Shown here: piece by piece, positions 7,707-17,214 of the stretch
Numbering within the stretch: the first letter of the stretch is position 1
Layout of the letters: each line of letters opens with the position of its first letter
Source of the DNA: a virus
DNA: 40,071 nt
UHGV virus genome: UHGV-2079066
Reading direction: 5' to 3' (one strand)
Translations under genes and position numbers: made by a program
The notes under the pieces: model-generated
Told to the model about the DNA's origin: nothing
The model's input: only the letters and a program-made list of their open reading frames with translations
Databases searched by the model: none

Positions 7707-10399
7707 TATCTAGCCTTCCTTTTTGCGTACATAACATTAACCGCGTCATGAACTTTCCCCTGCCCTTTCGACAAGCTATTTACGACCATGTCAAAGCCCT
7801 GGGTCGCCCCGCGTTTCACAGCCGCTTCCATCATCGCAATTGTACGTGCATCAGGATCACCATTAACCTGAATGGTTGGTGAATAATTGAATTGACCCTG
7901 CATTGCGTTATTTTCACGTTGTTTTTGAATATCGGTGAGAGTCGCATCCAATTTTGCTGAGGTATTAGACTTAACGACTCGCTCTCCTTGTTGAAGCAAC
8001 CAAGTCCCCGTCGCTGGAACCTTATCAAGACCATCGTGAGCCATACCCATCAGAGAGGCGGCTGATATGGCCGCAACCATTGGCGATGTTACTGCCGCAG
8101 CCGCAGCCATCGCAGCGGGTGCGAGCGCTGGCCCCACGATAGGGATCGCCGCAGTAGAAGCGTAGGCATTTAATTGGGCCATTAATGCACTGGCTGTGGC
8201 ATTGCTGGTCATTGCGGCTGCGGCTGAAGCTTGGGTGCCTTTACCAACCATTAGCTGAACAGCCTGGTAAACGAGCCATTGAGCAGCCATTTGCGACAGG
8301 GTCTGAATAACCGTCTCGCCCATGCTGGAGAACATATTCCCGAATGCATCACCGACAGATTTCGCTTGGGTGATAATTCCGCTAAAAGCATTAGCCATTG
8401 AATTAGTTGTTTGATTAAGTAACGAAGATGCTGCGTTAGCAGCCGTCAGGTTATAGTTAGAAGCTTCATCGGCGAAATTCGCCATGGATGTTAAGGCACC
8501 AGCCTGCCAGTTCTGCCTGATCGCATCCTGCTGACCGTAGTAATTCCTGAGCGCGGTCAACTCATTCTGATAGCCTTTATCGCTTTCATTGCCGCCCGAA
8601 TTTTTCCAGCCCTGAAGGAGTTGGGCCTCTTCAAGACGGCGCTGTGCCTGACGACTGCTCATGCCAGCACTATCGGCCAGCGCGCGGGTTTTCTCACCCA
8701 TCTGGGTCACATATTTCTGAGATGAGTCCTGCAGGCGGTTGAGGCGTTCCTGAATGACGATCTGATCTCCCAATCCGGCATTGATCTCCGCCTGGGCGAG
8801 CACCTTGTCTTTGCTGGCGAGCACTGATTTTTCATCATCAGTGAGTACGCGATTTTTCGCAGCTTGCTCGAGTACAGTGAATTTGGCCTGCTCTTTCCAT
8901 AACTGCTGCCGCTGCAGGCTGATCTTGTCGTTGATTCCAGTATGCTGCCGTAAAACCTCCAGTTGAGTTTGCAATTCCAGAGTCTGAGCACTGGTACTGT
9001 CGGTAAGCTTCGTTCCACCCGGCGTCCTGACTTTCGTCGGTTTCTTCAGCGAGTCCTCATATTCCTTTCTCGCCGCGGCCAGATTGATGTTGTAATCAGC
9101 CTGAAGGATCCTACCTTCTTTCAACGCTTTGTTCAGTTCGTTCTGGCGATCGGTGTACTTCTCCAGAGCCGTCTGCGATTTGCTGTAATTCGCCTGGGCC
9201 TGTTGCGCGTACTTGAGGCGATCGGCTTCCAGTCCTGCCTCACGGGTAGCGCTTTCCTGGGCGAGTTGAGAATTGCGTGCCTGTTGCTGCGCCATATCCA
9301 GCGCCTGGCGGGCTGTCTCACGGTCATTCCAGAAGCGGGCGCGCGCTTCATCGTTGACATAACGATCGCCCTTTCGCAAATCCCAGATTTCATCCGCCCG
9401 CCTGAAGGCCGCCTCTGCCTTGCTCAGCATTTCCTGAGAGGTATCCGGCCTGCCGATATCCAGCGCCGCATCCCACATGGATTTAAAGGCATTTTTCAGA
9501 GAGTCCGCAGCGGATTCAATCGAGCCCATGTTGTCGCGGATACTGGCAGTCTGCTTGTTGAACCCGGCGGTTGCTGCTTCGTTTGCCGCCTGTAGAGCCC
9601 CTGCTTCATTTCCTGAGCGCTGCAGAGCGGCAACATATTCAACCTGTTCAGCCGTGACATTGTGAAACTGCTGCGCCATCGCCAGCAGCCCTGACGCCGG
9701 ATCGTTGACCATGCGTCCAAATGCTTCGGCCACCTTATCGACCGGCAGACCGGATGCATCTGTGAATTTCGCAACCGAGATCGCAAGCCCTTCAAAGTTA
9801 GCACCCGCGCGAACGCCAGCGTTAACTAGTGCCGTCAATGCCTGACTGGTCTGATTGAAAGTTAATCCCGCTTTTTCGCCGGCTGCTGCAATAGTTTGCA
9901 TACGGACTGCAGTGAGCCCGGCAGTGTTCCCGGTGAGCACCAACGTTTTATTGAATTCGGATAATGTACTTGATCCCTGATAGTACGAGTACATCAGCGC
10001 CGCGGTGCCAGCGGTTAACGCACCAACGCCCAGCATTACAGGTGAGATTGAACTGGCAAGACCAACCAGCATTGGTCGAATCCCGCCAAACATGTCTTTT
10101 ACCTGCCCGCCCTGCTGGAGCAGAATCAGCCAGGGGTTCTGCCCCCCTGCTAACTGTGTGGCAACATCCGTAAACTGTGCAGGCAACATGCGCATAGCAT
10201 TGCTGTACTGCCCTACGGACAAGCCCGCTCTTTTTGCTGCTACTTCATGGCGGGTAAAGGACTTTTGGACCTGAAGGGCAGCGTCATTTGCGGCCTGACC
10301 AGTGCCTTTGAGCTGCTTATTTACACGATTAACCTGCTCCGTGAATTTAGTCGAATCAACATCCAGATTTACTATCAGGTCACCCACTGACTGGGCCAT
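7706..10399 (-). CDS. tail tape measure protein (gpH-like)
   Basis: seen: 897 aa, Ala/Gln-rich coiled-coil composition with a hydrophobic Ala/Met-rich stretch near the C-terminus; follows the G/G-T chaperone pair. Confidence 0.85.
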   Translation of the reverse strand: MAQSVGDLIVNLDVDSTKFTEQVNRVNKQLKGTGQAANDAALQVQKSFTRHEVAAKRAGLSVGQYSNAMRMLPAQFTDVATQLAGGQNPWLILLQQGGQVKDMFGGIRPMLVGLASSISPVMLGVGALTAGTAALMYSYYQGSSTLSEFNKTLVLTGNTAGLTAVRMQTIAAAGEKAGLTFNQTSQALTALVNAGVRAGANFEGLAISVAKFTDASGLPVDKVAEAFGRMVNDPASGLLAMAQQFHNVTAEQVEYVAALQRSGNEAGALQAANEAATAGFNKQTASIRDNMGSIESAADSLKNAFKSMWDAALDIGRPDTSQEMLSKAEAAFRRADEIWDLRKGDRYVNDEARARFWNDRETARQALDMAQQQARNSQLAQESATREAGLEADRLKYAQQAQANYSKSQTALEKYTDRQNELNKALKEGRILQADYNINLAAARKEYEDSLKKPTKVRTPGGTKLTDSTSAQTLELQTQLEVLRQHTGINDKISLQRQQLWKEQAKFTVLEQAAKNRVLTDDEKSVLASKDKVLAQAEINAGLGDQIVIQERLNRLQDSSQKYVTQMGEKTRALADSAGMSSRQAQRRLEEAQLLQGWKNSGGNESDKGYQNELTALRNYYGQQDAIRQNWQAGALTSMANFADEASNYNLTAANAASSLLNQTTNSMANAFSGIITQAKSVGDAFGNMFSSMGETVIQTLSQMAAQWLVYQAVQLMVGKGTQASAAAAMTSNATASALMAQLNAYASTAAIPIVGPALAPAAMAAAAAVTSPMVAAISAASLMGMAHDGLDKVPATGTWLLQQGERVVKSNTSAKLDATLTDIQKQRENNAMQGQFNYSPTIQVNGDPDARTIAMMEAAVKRGATQGFDMVVNSLSKGQGKVHDAVNVMYAKRKAR

Positions 10400-10721
10400 A
10401 GCGCACTCCTCCCAGGCTTTCCGCCGCAGACATCATCACATCGTCATCCATCGGTAAGGTATCCTGCTCAGGTGGGTTAAGCAGGCTAAAATCACGGGGC
10501 GTAAATTCGGCTTTTGAACACAGCATTGAAACCATAAGATGGCTGAGACGGGAGAAATGGGTGTCCAGAAGATCGCCTTCAAAATACTGCTGCTGATAGT
10601 AACGCCCCCATTCAGCCAGCTCGGACGATGACATGCCGGCAAGCATGACGCGCCAGTCGGGGCGCCGAAACTCGCGCGCCAGCTTCATTACAAAGCTCAG
10701 CTCACCGGCTAATGCTTTTCC
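10380..10721 (-). CDS. gpT-frame segment of a G-T fusion made by programmed -1 frameshift
   Basis: seen: ORF in the -1 frame relative to G stays open across the G stop; candidate slip site G-GAA-AAG at 10715-10721 (plus strand CTTTTCC). known: G/G-T frameshifting is conserved in lambda-like tail operons. Confidence 0.6.
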   Translation of the reverse strand, partial: GKALAGELSFVMKLAREFRRPDWRVMLAGMSSSELAEWGRYYQQQYFEGDLLDTHFSRLSHLMVSMLCSKAEFTPRDFSLLNPPEQDTLPMDDDVMMSAAESLGGVRYGPVSG

Positions 10722-11119
10722 GCGCTGATGGGCTCGTCTTCCGTCACTACGTCTGTACTTTTCTCTTCGTCCGCCGGTACCGGTTCCGATACAGGGATCA
10801 TGTCAGAAAGCGTTTTCACAAAAAGTTCGCCAGCGCCAATCATTCCCGGCGGCCAGCCGGACAGCACTTCATAATGCAGAGAATCGATCTCTTTAGAGGT
10901 GTCCCCCTGCCATAGCGATAACGCGATCACCATCGCGCCGCTCCGGAGATTGCTGCTAACCCGTAACGGGAGATATCCCTCATCACCTTCGTCTTTCGGC
11001 AATGTTTTTTCTTCCTTCGCCAGGTATTGCAGATATTCAATACGTTGCAGGCCAGACAACTCAAACAACTGGATGGTGCTGCCGTTATAGGTGAACGGCT
11101 CAGATTTCAGAAAGCTCAT
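10709..11119 (-). CDS. G: tail assembly chaperone gpG-like
   Basis: seen: MSFLKSEPFTYNGSTIQLFELSGLQRIEYL... resembles recalled lambda G; position between V and tape measure. Confidence 0.8.
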   Translation of the reverse strand: MSFLKSEPFTYNGSTIQLFELSGLQRIEYLQYLAKEEKTLPKDEGDEGYLPLRVSSNLRSGAMVIALSLWQGDTSKEIDSLHYEVLSGWPPGMIGAGELFVKTLSDMIPVSEPVPADEEKSTDVVTEDEPISAEKH

Positions 11120-11130
11120 GGAGTACTCCA

Positions 11131-11154
11131 GGAAAATGACGGGGCCAGCGCCCC
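11131..11154 (-). terminator. attenuator-like hairpin after major tail gene
   Basis: seen: minus strand GGGGCGCTGGCCCC followed by GUCAUUUUCC, then SD of G. Confidence 0.4.
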
Positions 11155-11159
11155 GCCTG

Positions 11160-11897
11160 TCAGGAAACGGTGACTTTGCAGATCGCGACTTTCAGCCCGT
11201 CGTTGGACATCACGATAATTTCAGCAGCGCCTGTGGCTACGCCGGTGATGGTCAGGACATCGCCGTTAGCAGTAACTGTCGCTTTCGCCGGATCAGAGGA
11301 GGCAACACGGAAAGATTTGTCTGTAGCGCCAGCAGGGTTGACAGTAACGTTAACGGTGTCAGACGCGCCGGCGGCAACAGTCAGGGTTGCTTTATCAATC
11401 GTCACACCGGTAACCGGCACGACAGGCGCGCGCGTTTCTTCCGCCAGCGATGGCTTGCCGTTGTTGCTGATCTTCACGCTGCGGGTAATGACTTCCTTCG
11501 CCGGGATGGTTTTACCGAGGCTGCTGACCCACCCCTTAAAGACGTCGATCGTCCCGTTCGGGTATTTAATTTTGTAGGCGCGCACGGCGCCGCTATAGAA
11601 CCAGTCCACCAGAGATTGCTGCCCTGATTCACCCGGCTTCCAGGCCAGGGTGAAACTGGCTTCACCGGCTGACTTCTCCCCCTGCGCTGTGTTTGCCCAG
11701 TCTGCATTCGGATCGTCAAGGTAGGTGTCGTCATAGGACTCTGCGGTCAGTTCACCTGGCGTCAGGTCTTTGATTTTGGCCGTACGGGTCCAGTCGGTGT
11801 CACTGGTCGGATTGGCATAAGGGTCGCCTGAGCCGTTGTAAATCCAGAACGTTGTGCCTGCCCCTTTTACGGGCTCAAGCGGGTTCGGTGTTGGCAT
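11160..11897 (-). CDS. V: major tail protein gpV-like with C-terminal Ig-like domain
   Basis: seen: [30 protein letters not shown]...[13 protein letters not shown]... near-collinear with recalled lambda V; C-terminal repeats of Thr/Val are Ig-like. Confidence 0.9.
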   Translation of the reverse strand: MPTPNPLEPVKGAGTTFWIYNGSGDPYANPTSDTDWTRTAKIKDLTPGELTAESYDDTYLDDPNADWANTAQGEKSAGEASFTLAWKPGESGQQSLVDWFYSGAVRAYKIKYPNGTIDVFKGWVSSLGKTIPAKEVITRSVKISNNGKPSLAEETRAPVVPVTGVTIDKATLTVAAGASDTVNVTVNPAGATDKSFRVASSDPAKATVTANGDVLTITGVATGAAEIIVMSNDGLKVAICKVTVS

Positions 11898-11904
11898 GTT
11901 TACC

Positions 11905-12303
11905 TCACATTACGTATGAAATTGAGTATTTGAGATCAGCCGATCCCCATGTCGCCATTTCGTCATCGCGCTGATAGTCATAGCCCTGAGCTGACATGGT
12001 TTCGATTAAGGGGAAAAGGCCGGGGAGTGCGTTAAGCTGGGGATAGATTTTGCTTTCCATCCAGGTATCCAGCGCTGTATCCGTTTCGCTCGCTTTCAGG
12101 AACACCTCGATATGAAGCGTGGCGCGCCAGATATCTTCGTCGATGGATTCCTCCGTGGACTGCGCGTCAGTGATATAGACGGCGACAGCAGGGAGATCTT
12201 CGGACTCAAGTACAGCGGGACGGCCATCAGACCACGTTACAGGATCGGTAATGCCAGCTTTCAACGCATCCAGAACCGCCAGGCGGATCAGTGGATGTTT
12301 CAT
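11905..12303 (-). CDS. U: tail terminator gpU-like
   Basis: seen: [14 protein letters not shown]...DGRPAV...PAVAVY...LHIEVFL...WMESKIYP...GYDYQRDD matches recalled lambda U throughout. Confidence 0.9.
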   Translation of the reverse strand: MKHPLIRLAVLDALKAGITDPVTWSDGRPAVLESEDLPAVAVYITDAQSTEESIDEDIWRATLHIEVFLKASETDTALDTWMESKIYPQLNALPGLFPLIETMSAQGYDYQRDDEMATWGSADLKYSISYVM

Positions 12304-12854
12304 TTGGTCAGGATTATCCTCAGTTGATTGCGTAAGGCCGCTGAGAGCTCTTTCGGAAGATCCGTTGCCGTCAGGCGGGTGCTTTCCTGCTTGAATGCCT
12401 CCGTCAGCGGTACCGCCAGAGGAATGCTCACCACCTCGAGCGGGTAGCGGCTTTTGGTGGTTCTCCGTAGGACATGCCAGCGCCCGTTTTTGAGCTGCTG
12501 AATGAATCCGCCCGGGAAGCGAAACCGCCCGATGACCAGAACGCTTCGGACACCGGCCTTGTCACGTTTTCGCCGGGAAAGACGCACGCTGGCCACGCCC
12601 AGCTTGATCGCCGGGAGGTTGCCCCGGTTGACCCGAATAGTGGCCTGCGGTTTACGTACCGTGGCTTTCTTCAGGCGTGCACGCTGATTGACGAGTTTTC
12701 GCTGCACCCGGGTTTCCTTCGCAACCTGACGGGTGCTGCGGGAGATGGCCCGGGTGGCCACACGGTTCACCGCCTGAGAGGATGCACGTGGCACAGCGGT
12801 TTTGCTGATGCTTTCCAGGTTAGCGATCGCCTGTTCGAGCCCTTTAATGGACAT
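12300..12854 (-). CDS. Z: tail completion protein gpZ-like
   Basis: seen: from ATG 12854 (SD GGAGG) MSIKGLEQAIANLESISKTAVP...FIQQLKNGRWHV matches recalled lambda Z. The track ORF has a 58-codon upstream extension. Confidence 0.85.
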   Translation of the reverse strand: MSIKGLEQAIANLESISKTAVPRASSQAVNRVATRAISRSTRQVAKETRVQRKLVNQRARLKKATVRKPQATIRVNRGNLPAIKLGVASVRLSRRKRDKAGVRSVLVIGRFRFPGGFIQQLKNGRWHVLRRTTKSRYPLEVVSIPLAVPLTEAFKQESTRLTATDLPKELSAALRNQLRIILTK

Positions 12855-12864
12855 AGAGCCTCCA

Positions 12865-13140
12865 TTACTCAATCCAGATCTGTGGCTTACCGTTGAACAA
12901 CTGTTTGCGGGTAACGGTGTAGTCCTGGCCCTTCCAGTGAATGACATCGCCTTTGCGTGGCGACACTGCCGGGGAGAACACCACCAGTGACAGGCCATCC
13001 CCCACCAGCGGCCCCATTTCTGCGACAAACTGGCTTTCTACAGCATCAAAAATGACCCCGTTGATCGTGACTTTATCCGCCATCAGATTGACGGTGGCCG
13101 CGTCCATACGGGCCACCATCGCGTCGAAGGGATTAGCCAT
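12865..13140 (-). CDS. head-tail joining protein, FII-like
   Basis: seen: 91 aa from internal ATG; FDAMVARMDA and VINGVIFDAVE...SLVVFSP...RKGDVI resemble recalled lambda FII; position between gpD-like gene and Z. Confidence 0.6.
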   Translation of the reverse strand: MANPFDAMVARMDAATVNLMADKVTINGVIFDAVESQFVAEMGPLVGDGLSLVVFSPAVSPRKGDVIHWKGQDYTVTRKQLFNGKPQIWIE

Positions 13141-13456
13141 TAAGCTTAACCAGTACGGCGGCGGCGTTCGCACCGGCAGCCTGCCAGGCTTTCCCTGCGG
13201 GGGTCGCGCCGGTGGCCTCCAGTTGCACTTTCCCGCTTTTGAAGTAAACGGTCTTGCCCTGGGCGATATCATCCGCCGCCAGCTTCGGCAACTGGACTAC
13301 GCCACTGGTGAGGCCCGTACCAGTTTCGCCGACGGCAATATCAGCGATAGCGATCGCCAGAACATCCCCAACGGCAACCGGCGTGCCACTGGCAATCACC
13401 GCCGACCCCGAGTTGGTCAAATCGATAGTGTGACCATCCTGTACGAAATTCTTCAT
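13133..13456 (-). CDS. head decoration protein, gpD-like family
   Basis: seen: 107 aa from ATG 13456; GDVLAIAIADIA and TVYFKSGKV resemble recalled lambda D motifs GILAVAAD and TFYKSGTF. Sits after the capsid gene, not before as in lambda. Confidence 0.5.
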   Translation of the reverse strand: MKNFVQDGHTIDLTNSGSAVIASGTPVAVGDVLAIAIADIAVGETGTGLTSGVVQLPKLAADDIAQGKTVYFKSGKVQLEATGATPAGKAWQAAGANAAAVLVKLNG

Positions 13457-13498
13457 GAGCTCTCCGTATGGCCCCTGCCGGGGCCATGTTGCAGATAT

Positions 13499-13519
13499 AA
13501 AAAAAGCCCTTACGGGCCG
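13499..13519 (-). terminator. hairpin plus U-tract after capsid gene
   Basis: seen: minus strand ccggcccgtaagggcttttttat. A second GC hairpin (13470-13485) sits just upstream of the gpD-like SD. Confidence 0.5.
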
Positions 13520-13536
13520 GTTCAATGTCGGGGTGA

Positions 13537-15567
13537 TTACTTACCGGATGATTTCGCCAGGCCGCGATAATCCAGCGGCGCCACACCAGCATCGATGCGG
13601 ACTTTCGTCGCAACACCATCAGTGGTGAAACCTTCCTGCTGGTCGATGTACGGGGCATCAATGCCATTGAGGTACGCCACTTCGATGGTATCGGTGCCCT
13701 GTGCGGCAGCCAGATACCAGGCCGCCGGGTCGGCGTCATCCAGACGCGCTTCTGCGATCACTTCGGCAAAGTTCTGCAGCGGGTTCACCACGCCGGCATT
13801 GATATCAGCCCCTTTCACGCTTGCTGACTTAATGGTCTGGCTGGCTAATGTTTCCAGACCCACCGGAACCAGCATGTAGGCCGGACGAATGTTCAGGGCG
13901 CGCTCGCCCTCTTTCTGCTTGCGCATGTTCTGGCGGGCCTTATCCAGGCTGTCAACGCTGATGGCGCCAGCTGAAAGGTTGGCATGGTCAGCATGGAAGA
14001 GCGCCTTGCCATCTGAAAGTTTCCCGTTACCGGTCAGCACGGCGTAGACCAGGTCACCGATAGTGGCTTTTGCAGCGCGGCCCATCTTCATCGGAACGTC
14101 AGTCAGCTGGTTCAGGTCATCGTTGATAATGGCCTGGCGGGTGATGGAGAAGATCTCACCGTAAGTAGCCAGCGCGATGGTTTCACCCTTATCCTGCGTG
14201 GTGATGTACTTATACTCCGCGCCCTCTCGCACCTGACGCAGGGACGGGAAGCCCCCCATGCCGACGCGATGCGCCGTTTTGAAGTCAGAGAGCTGGCCTT
14301 TTTTGGTCCAGAGTTCAAAGGTCTCTGCCGCTTCATCCCAGCCCTGCAACAGCGCTTTGTTGGCGACATCGAGCAGGATATTGCCAAAATCGGAGGTGCT
14401 GTGCGTCAGCGCAAAACCGACCATCTGCATCGGGTTGTAACTGGAGACCCCGATGCCGCGCTCGGTCAAGGACATGCGGGCGTATTCGCGCAGCGTCATA
14501 CCGTTATAGACGTTGTCACGCTCAACATTTTCATAACCGGCACGCGCCATCAGCGCCTGGCGGATCCCGTCGCCAACAAAGTTACCGTTCCCGGCATACA
14601 CATGGGCCTGCCCCTGCGTAGTGGTGTTGGACGGCGTGGCATTTTTACCGAGCTCTGCCAGAAGAACATCTTTCGCCTGGCTGACCGAGCACTCTGGATC
14701 GGCAATACATTTAGCCTGCAGCTCCTGATGCTTTCCGCCGAACATGGCGAAGAGATCCTGAATACCGTTCACGCGTGCCTTTTGCTCCGCAATAACCTGC
14801 GCACGGATATCAGTTTCGCTGGCACCTGCCGCCGGAGCCGGCTGGGTGACAGTTGGCTGCTGTGTTTCGCGCGTAGCGGTATTGCGCGGCGGGGTGACCA
14901 TGTTGCGAATGCTGTTTGGCATCTTTTCAAATTCCTCAATACGTTTCGAATGGATGCAGGCCATTGCCTGCAAGGATGGTGTGACCTGGTCAGCGAAGCC
15001 CAGCTCCAGACATTCAGTGCTGGAGAGCCAGGTCTCTTCCTCCAGCATTGCCGCAATTTCTTCGGTGCTTTTTCCCGTCTTCTGCGCGTATGCCGGGATC
15101 AACACCGACTCCACTTTGTCGAGCAGGTCGGCGTAGTCGCGCATGTCATCAGCATCACCACCCGCAAAACCCCACGGCTTGTGGATCATCATCATGGTGT
15201 TTTCCGGCATGATGACCGGGTTTCCTACCATGGCGATGACTGATGCCATTGAGGCAGCCAGACCGTCGATATAAACGGTGATCGCCGCGCCGTGGAATTT
15301 CAGGGCATTAAAAATGGCGATACCGTCAAAGACATCGCCACCAGGGGAGTTGATATGCAGTTTGATGTGGGTGACATCGCCCAGCGCCTTAAGGTTTGCG
15401 ACGAACTGCTTCGCCGTTACCCCCCAGTAGCCGATCTCGTCGTAGATGTAGATTTCGGCTTCGTTTTCCGAACTGGCCTGCATACGGAACCAGCTATTTT
15501 TTGCCTGGGCTTTCGGGCGGTTCTTTACCCGGTTTTGCTTCCTGGACACGAGTGTCTCCTTTGTCAT
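13537..15567 (-). CDS. fused prohead protease (ClpP-like) - scaffold-like linker - HK97-fold major capsid protein
   Basis: seen: single 763-codon ORF; N-terminal ...NSWFRMQASSENEAEIYIYDEIGYWG...HINSPGGDVFDG... is ClpP/S14-like; C-terminal ~400 aa is capsid-like. Start taken at ATG 15567, which overlaps the portal 3' end by ~74 nt; an alternative ATG at 15483 cannot be excluded. Confidence 0.8.
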   Translation of the reverse strand: MTKETLVSRKQNRVKNRPKAQAKNSWFRMQASSENEAEIYIYDEIGYWGVTAKQFVANLKALGDVTHIKLHINSPGGDVFDGIAIFNALKFHGAAITVYIDGLAASMASVIAMVGNPVIMPENTMMMIHKPWGFAGGDADDMRDYADLLDKVESVLIPAYAQKTGKSTEEIAAMLEEETWLSSTECLELGFADQVTPSLQAMACIHSKRIEEFEKMPNSIRNMVTPPRNTATRETQQPTVTQPAPAAGASETDIRAQVIAEQKARVNGIQDLFAMFGGKHQELQAKCIADPECSVSQAKDVLLAELGKNATPSNTTTQGQAHVYAGNGNFVGDGIRQALMARAGYENVERDNVYNGMTLREYARMSLTERGIGVSSYNPMQMVGFALTHSTSDFGNILLDVANKALLQGWDEAAETFELWTKKGQLSDFKTAHRVGMGGFPSLRQVREGAEYKYITTQDKGETIALATYGEIFSITRQAIINDDLNQLTDVPMKMGRAAKATIGDLVYAVLTGNGKLSDGKALFHADHANLSAGAISVDSLDKARQNMRKQKEGERALNIRPAYMLVPVGLETLASQTIKSASVKGADINAGVVNPLQNFAEVIAEARLDDADPAAWYLAAAQGTDTIEVAYLNGIDAPYIDQQEGFTTDGVATKVRIDAGVAPLDYRGLAKSSGK

Positions 15568-16996
15568 TTGCCGGGTCGGTATCAAACACCAGCCCCTGTT
15601 TACGGTTCTCGTCAACCTCCGCCTTACGGCGGCGCTTAACATCATCAGGATTTGCGCCGCGGGCGCGCACCCATTCACTCTCTGTCGCAGCACCGCCACG
15701 CAGCAGAATTTTCCAGGCGTTCGCCTCTTTGACCGGGTCAATCCAGGGCATAACGGGCCCGGAGAACACGGCGCTAAAGAGCGTGGCTTTATCGACATTT
15801 TTCGGGACCGTGATCTCGCCTGAAGCAATCGCCATCCTGAGCCAGGCCCGGTACATAGGTCGTGTGATCGCCGCGATGAATGCGTCCTGAAGAATGAAAT
15901 AGCCTTCGGTTGACTCCACCAGCTCCTGGCGCTGCGCGCTGTATGTTCCGTCGTAGTTACGGGCGATACTTGAAAAGCTACCGCGCGAACCAGCGGCTAC
16001 AGCACGTAGCTGGCTATTACGGAAAGTTTCGAGGTTGGGATTTGGTCGGTCTGACTTGATCATGCCGATGTCTTCACCCGGGCGGAGATCGTCAAACAGC
16101 ATGCCGGGCTCGATGTTTAGCTCCCTTTGACCGCTGCTGCCTTCGTCATAAGTCTGGCCATCACCTTTTTTAATGAACATGCCCAGTGCCGCAGCAATGC
16201 GGGCAGCGGTCAGTTCGGCGTCCTCGTACTCCTTCAGCGCCGAAAGACGCATCAGCACCCCGGCAAGCAGTGAGTTACCCCGGATTTGATGCAGGCGGCG
16301 CATGAACTTCAGGTGAAGCATATTCTCCGCCTGAATATCCTTGGTATCTCCCTGGCGCATGCCTTCCGCCGGAAGGTTTTTGTAGACCATGTATCGGGTC
16401 GGGCGGCCCCAGTCATTCAGGTAAATGCCCTGGCATAACTTCTGACCCGGCTCTGTCCGCTCCATCGGCACAAAATCCGGTTCCAGAGCCTCAATCCAGA
16501 AAGGAATGTCTGCCACCGGCGACAGACCGTTCCCGGTGCCACTGACCAGCTGCGCGAACACCTCGCCGTCACGTAACCAGGTCCGGCACATCAGGCGCTC
16601 AAGCACTGGTCGGGTAAACTGCCCGGTAACATCGGGAGAAACGGACCACTCCGCCCATTTGGCGCGGATCTGTGTAGCAAGGTCAGTAGCGATGCCCCCG
16701 TTACTCATCAGGGGCTGCGGCTCCACGATGATGCCTTTTGCCCCCACAATGCGCTCTTCGAGTTTATCAAGGAGGCCGATCACCAGATCGTGGTTACAGT
16801 CAAGCCACCGGGCTTGTTCGCGCAGCGATCGCCCGCCGAATTGCGTCAACTGATTCGCGGAGCGGTTTTCGCGTTTTGCCCGGTGCGTCCGGGTAGGAAT
16901 GACAGCCTCATATGCCTGGATCATCAGGCGCGACTTCAGGCGCTCCGCTTTCCAGCCCGGGGAAAACATGCCTATCAGATTATCCAGGGCGCTCAT
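15494..16996 (-). CDS. portal protein (lambda B-like)
   Basis: seen: 500 aa between W-like gene and protease-capsid gene; motif recall of lambda-family portal. Confidence 0.85.
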   Translation of the reverse strand: MSALDNLIGMFSPGWKAERLKSRLMIQAYEAVIPTRTHRAKRENRSANQLTQFGGRSLREQARWLDCNHDLVIGLLDKLEERIVGAKGIIVEPQPLMSNGGIATDLATQIRAKWAEWSVSPDVTGQFTRPVLERLMCRTWLRDGEVFAQLVSGTGNGLSPVADIPFWIEALEPDFVPMERTEPGQKLCQGIYLNDWGRPTRYMVYKNLPAEGMRQGDTKDIQAENMLHLKFMRRLHQIRGNSLLAGVLMRLSALKEYEDAELTAARIAAALGMFIKKGDGQTYDEGSSGQRELNIEPGMLFDDLRPGEDIGMIKSDRPNPNLETFRNSQLRAVAAGSRGSFSSIARNYDGTYSAQRQELVESTEGYFILQDAFIAAITRPMYRAWLRMAIASGEITVPKNVDKATLFSAVFSGPVMPWIDPVKEANAWKILLRGGAATESEWVRARGANPDDVKRRRKAEVDENRKQGLVFDTDPANDKGDTRVQEAKPGKEPPESPGKK

Positions 16997-17214
16997 CGCG
17001 GGAACCTCGCCAGTTTAAAGGGGCCACCCCTGCCCGCTGCGGCAGCCACGGCAGCAGCCTGCTTTCGCTCCCACTCCTGGCGGCCCTTCCGGATCTCGCT
17101 CAGGTTCTCCATGGTCATCTGCTGACCGTTAAACGTAATGGACTTACCCTGCAGGATCGCCATTTCCGCTTCGGTATAGCGGCGAACCATGTCCTGAATA
17201 TCATTGAGATTCAC
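16993..17214 (-). CDS. head-tail joining protein gpW-like
   Basis: seen: GTG start preceded by AGGAGG and overlapping terL stop (GTGA); ~73 aa; position between terL and portal as in lambda. Confidence 0.6.
   Translation of the reverse strand: MNLNDIQDMVRRYTEAEMAILQGKSITFNGQQMTMENLSEIRKGRQEWERKQAAAVAAAAGRGGPFKLARFPR

Noticed and set aside
12855-13028. Upstream extensions of Z-like, FII-like and gpD-like ORFs given by the track
   Set aside because: Internal ATGs with good SD reproduce lambda-like N-termini; the extensions are Trp/Arg/Cys-rich out-of-context sequence.
15568-15828. N-terminal 87-codon extension of the protease-capsid ORF
   Set aside because: Overlaps the portal gene 3' end; Arg/Cys-rich composition; the ClpP-like domain starts after it.
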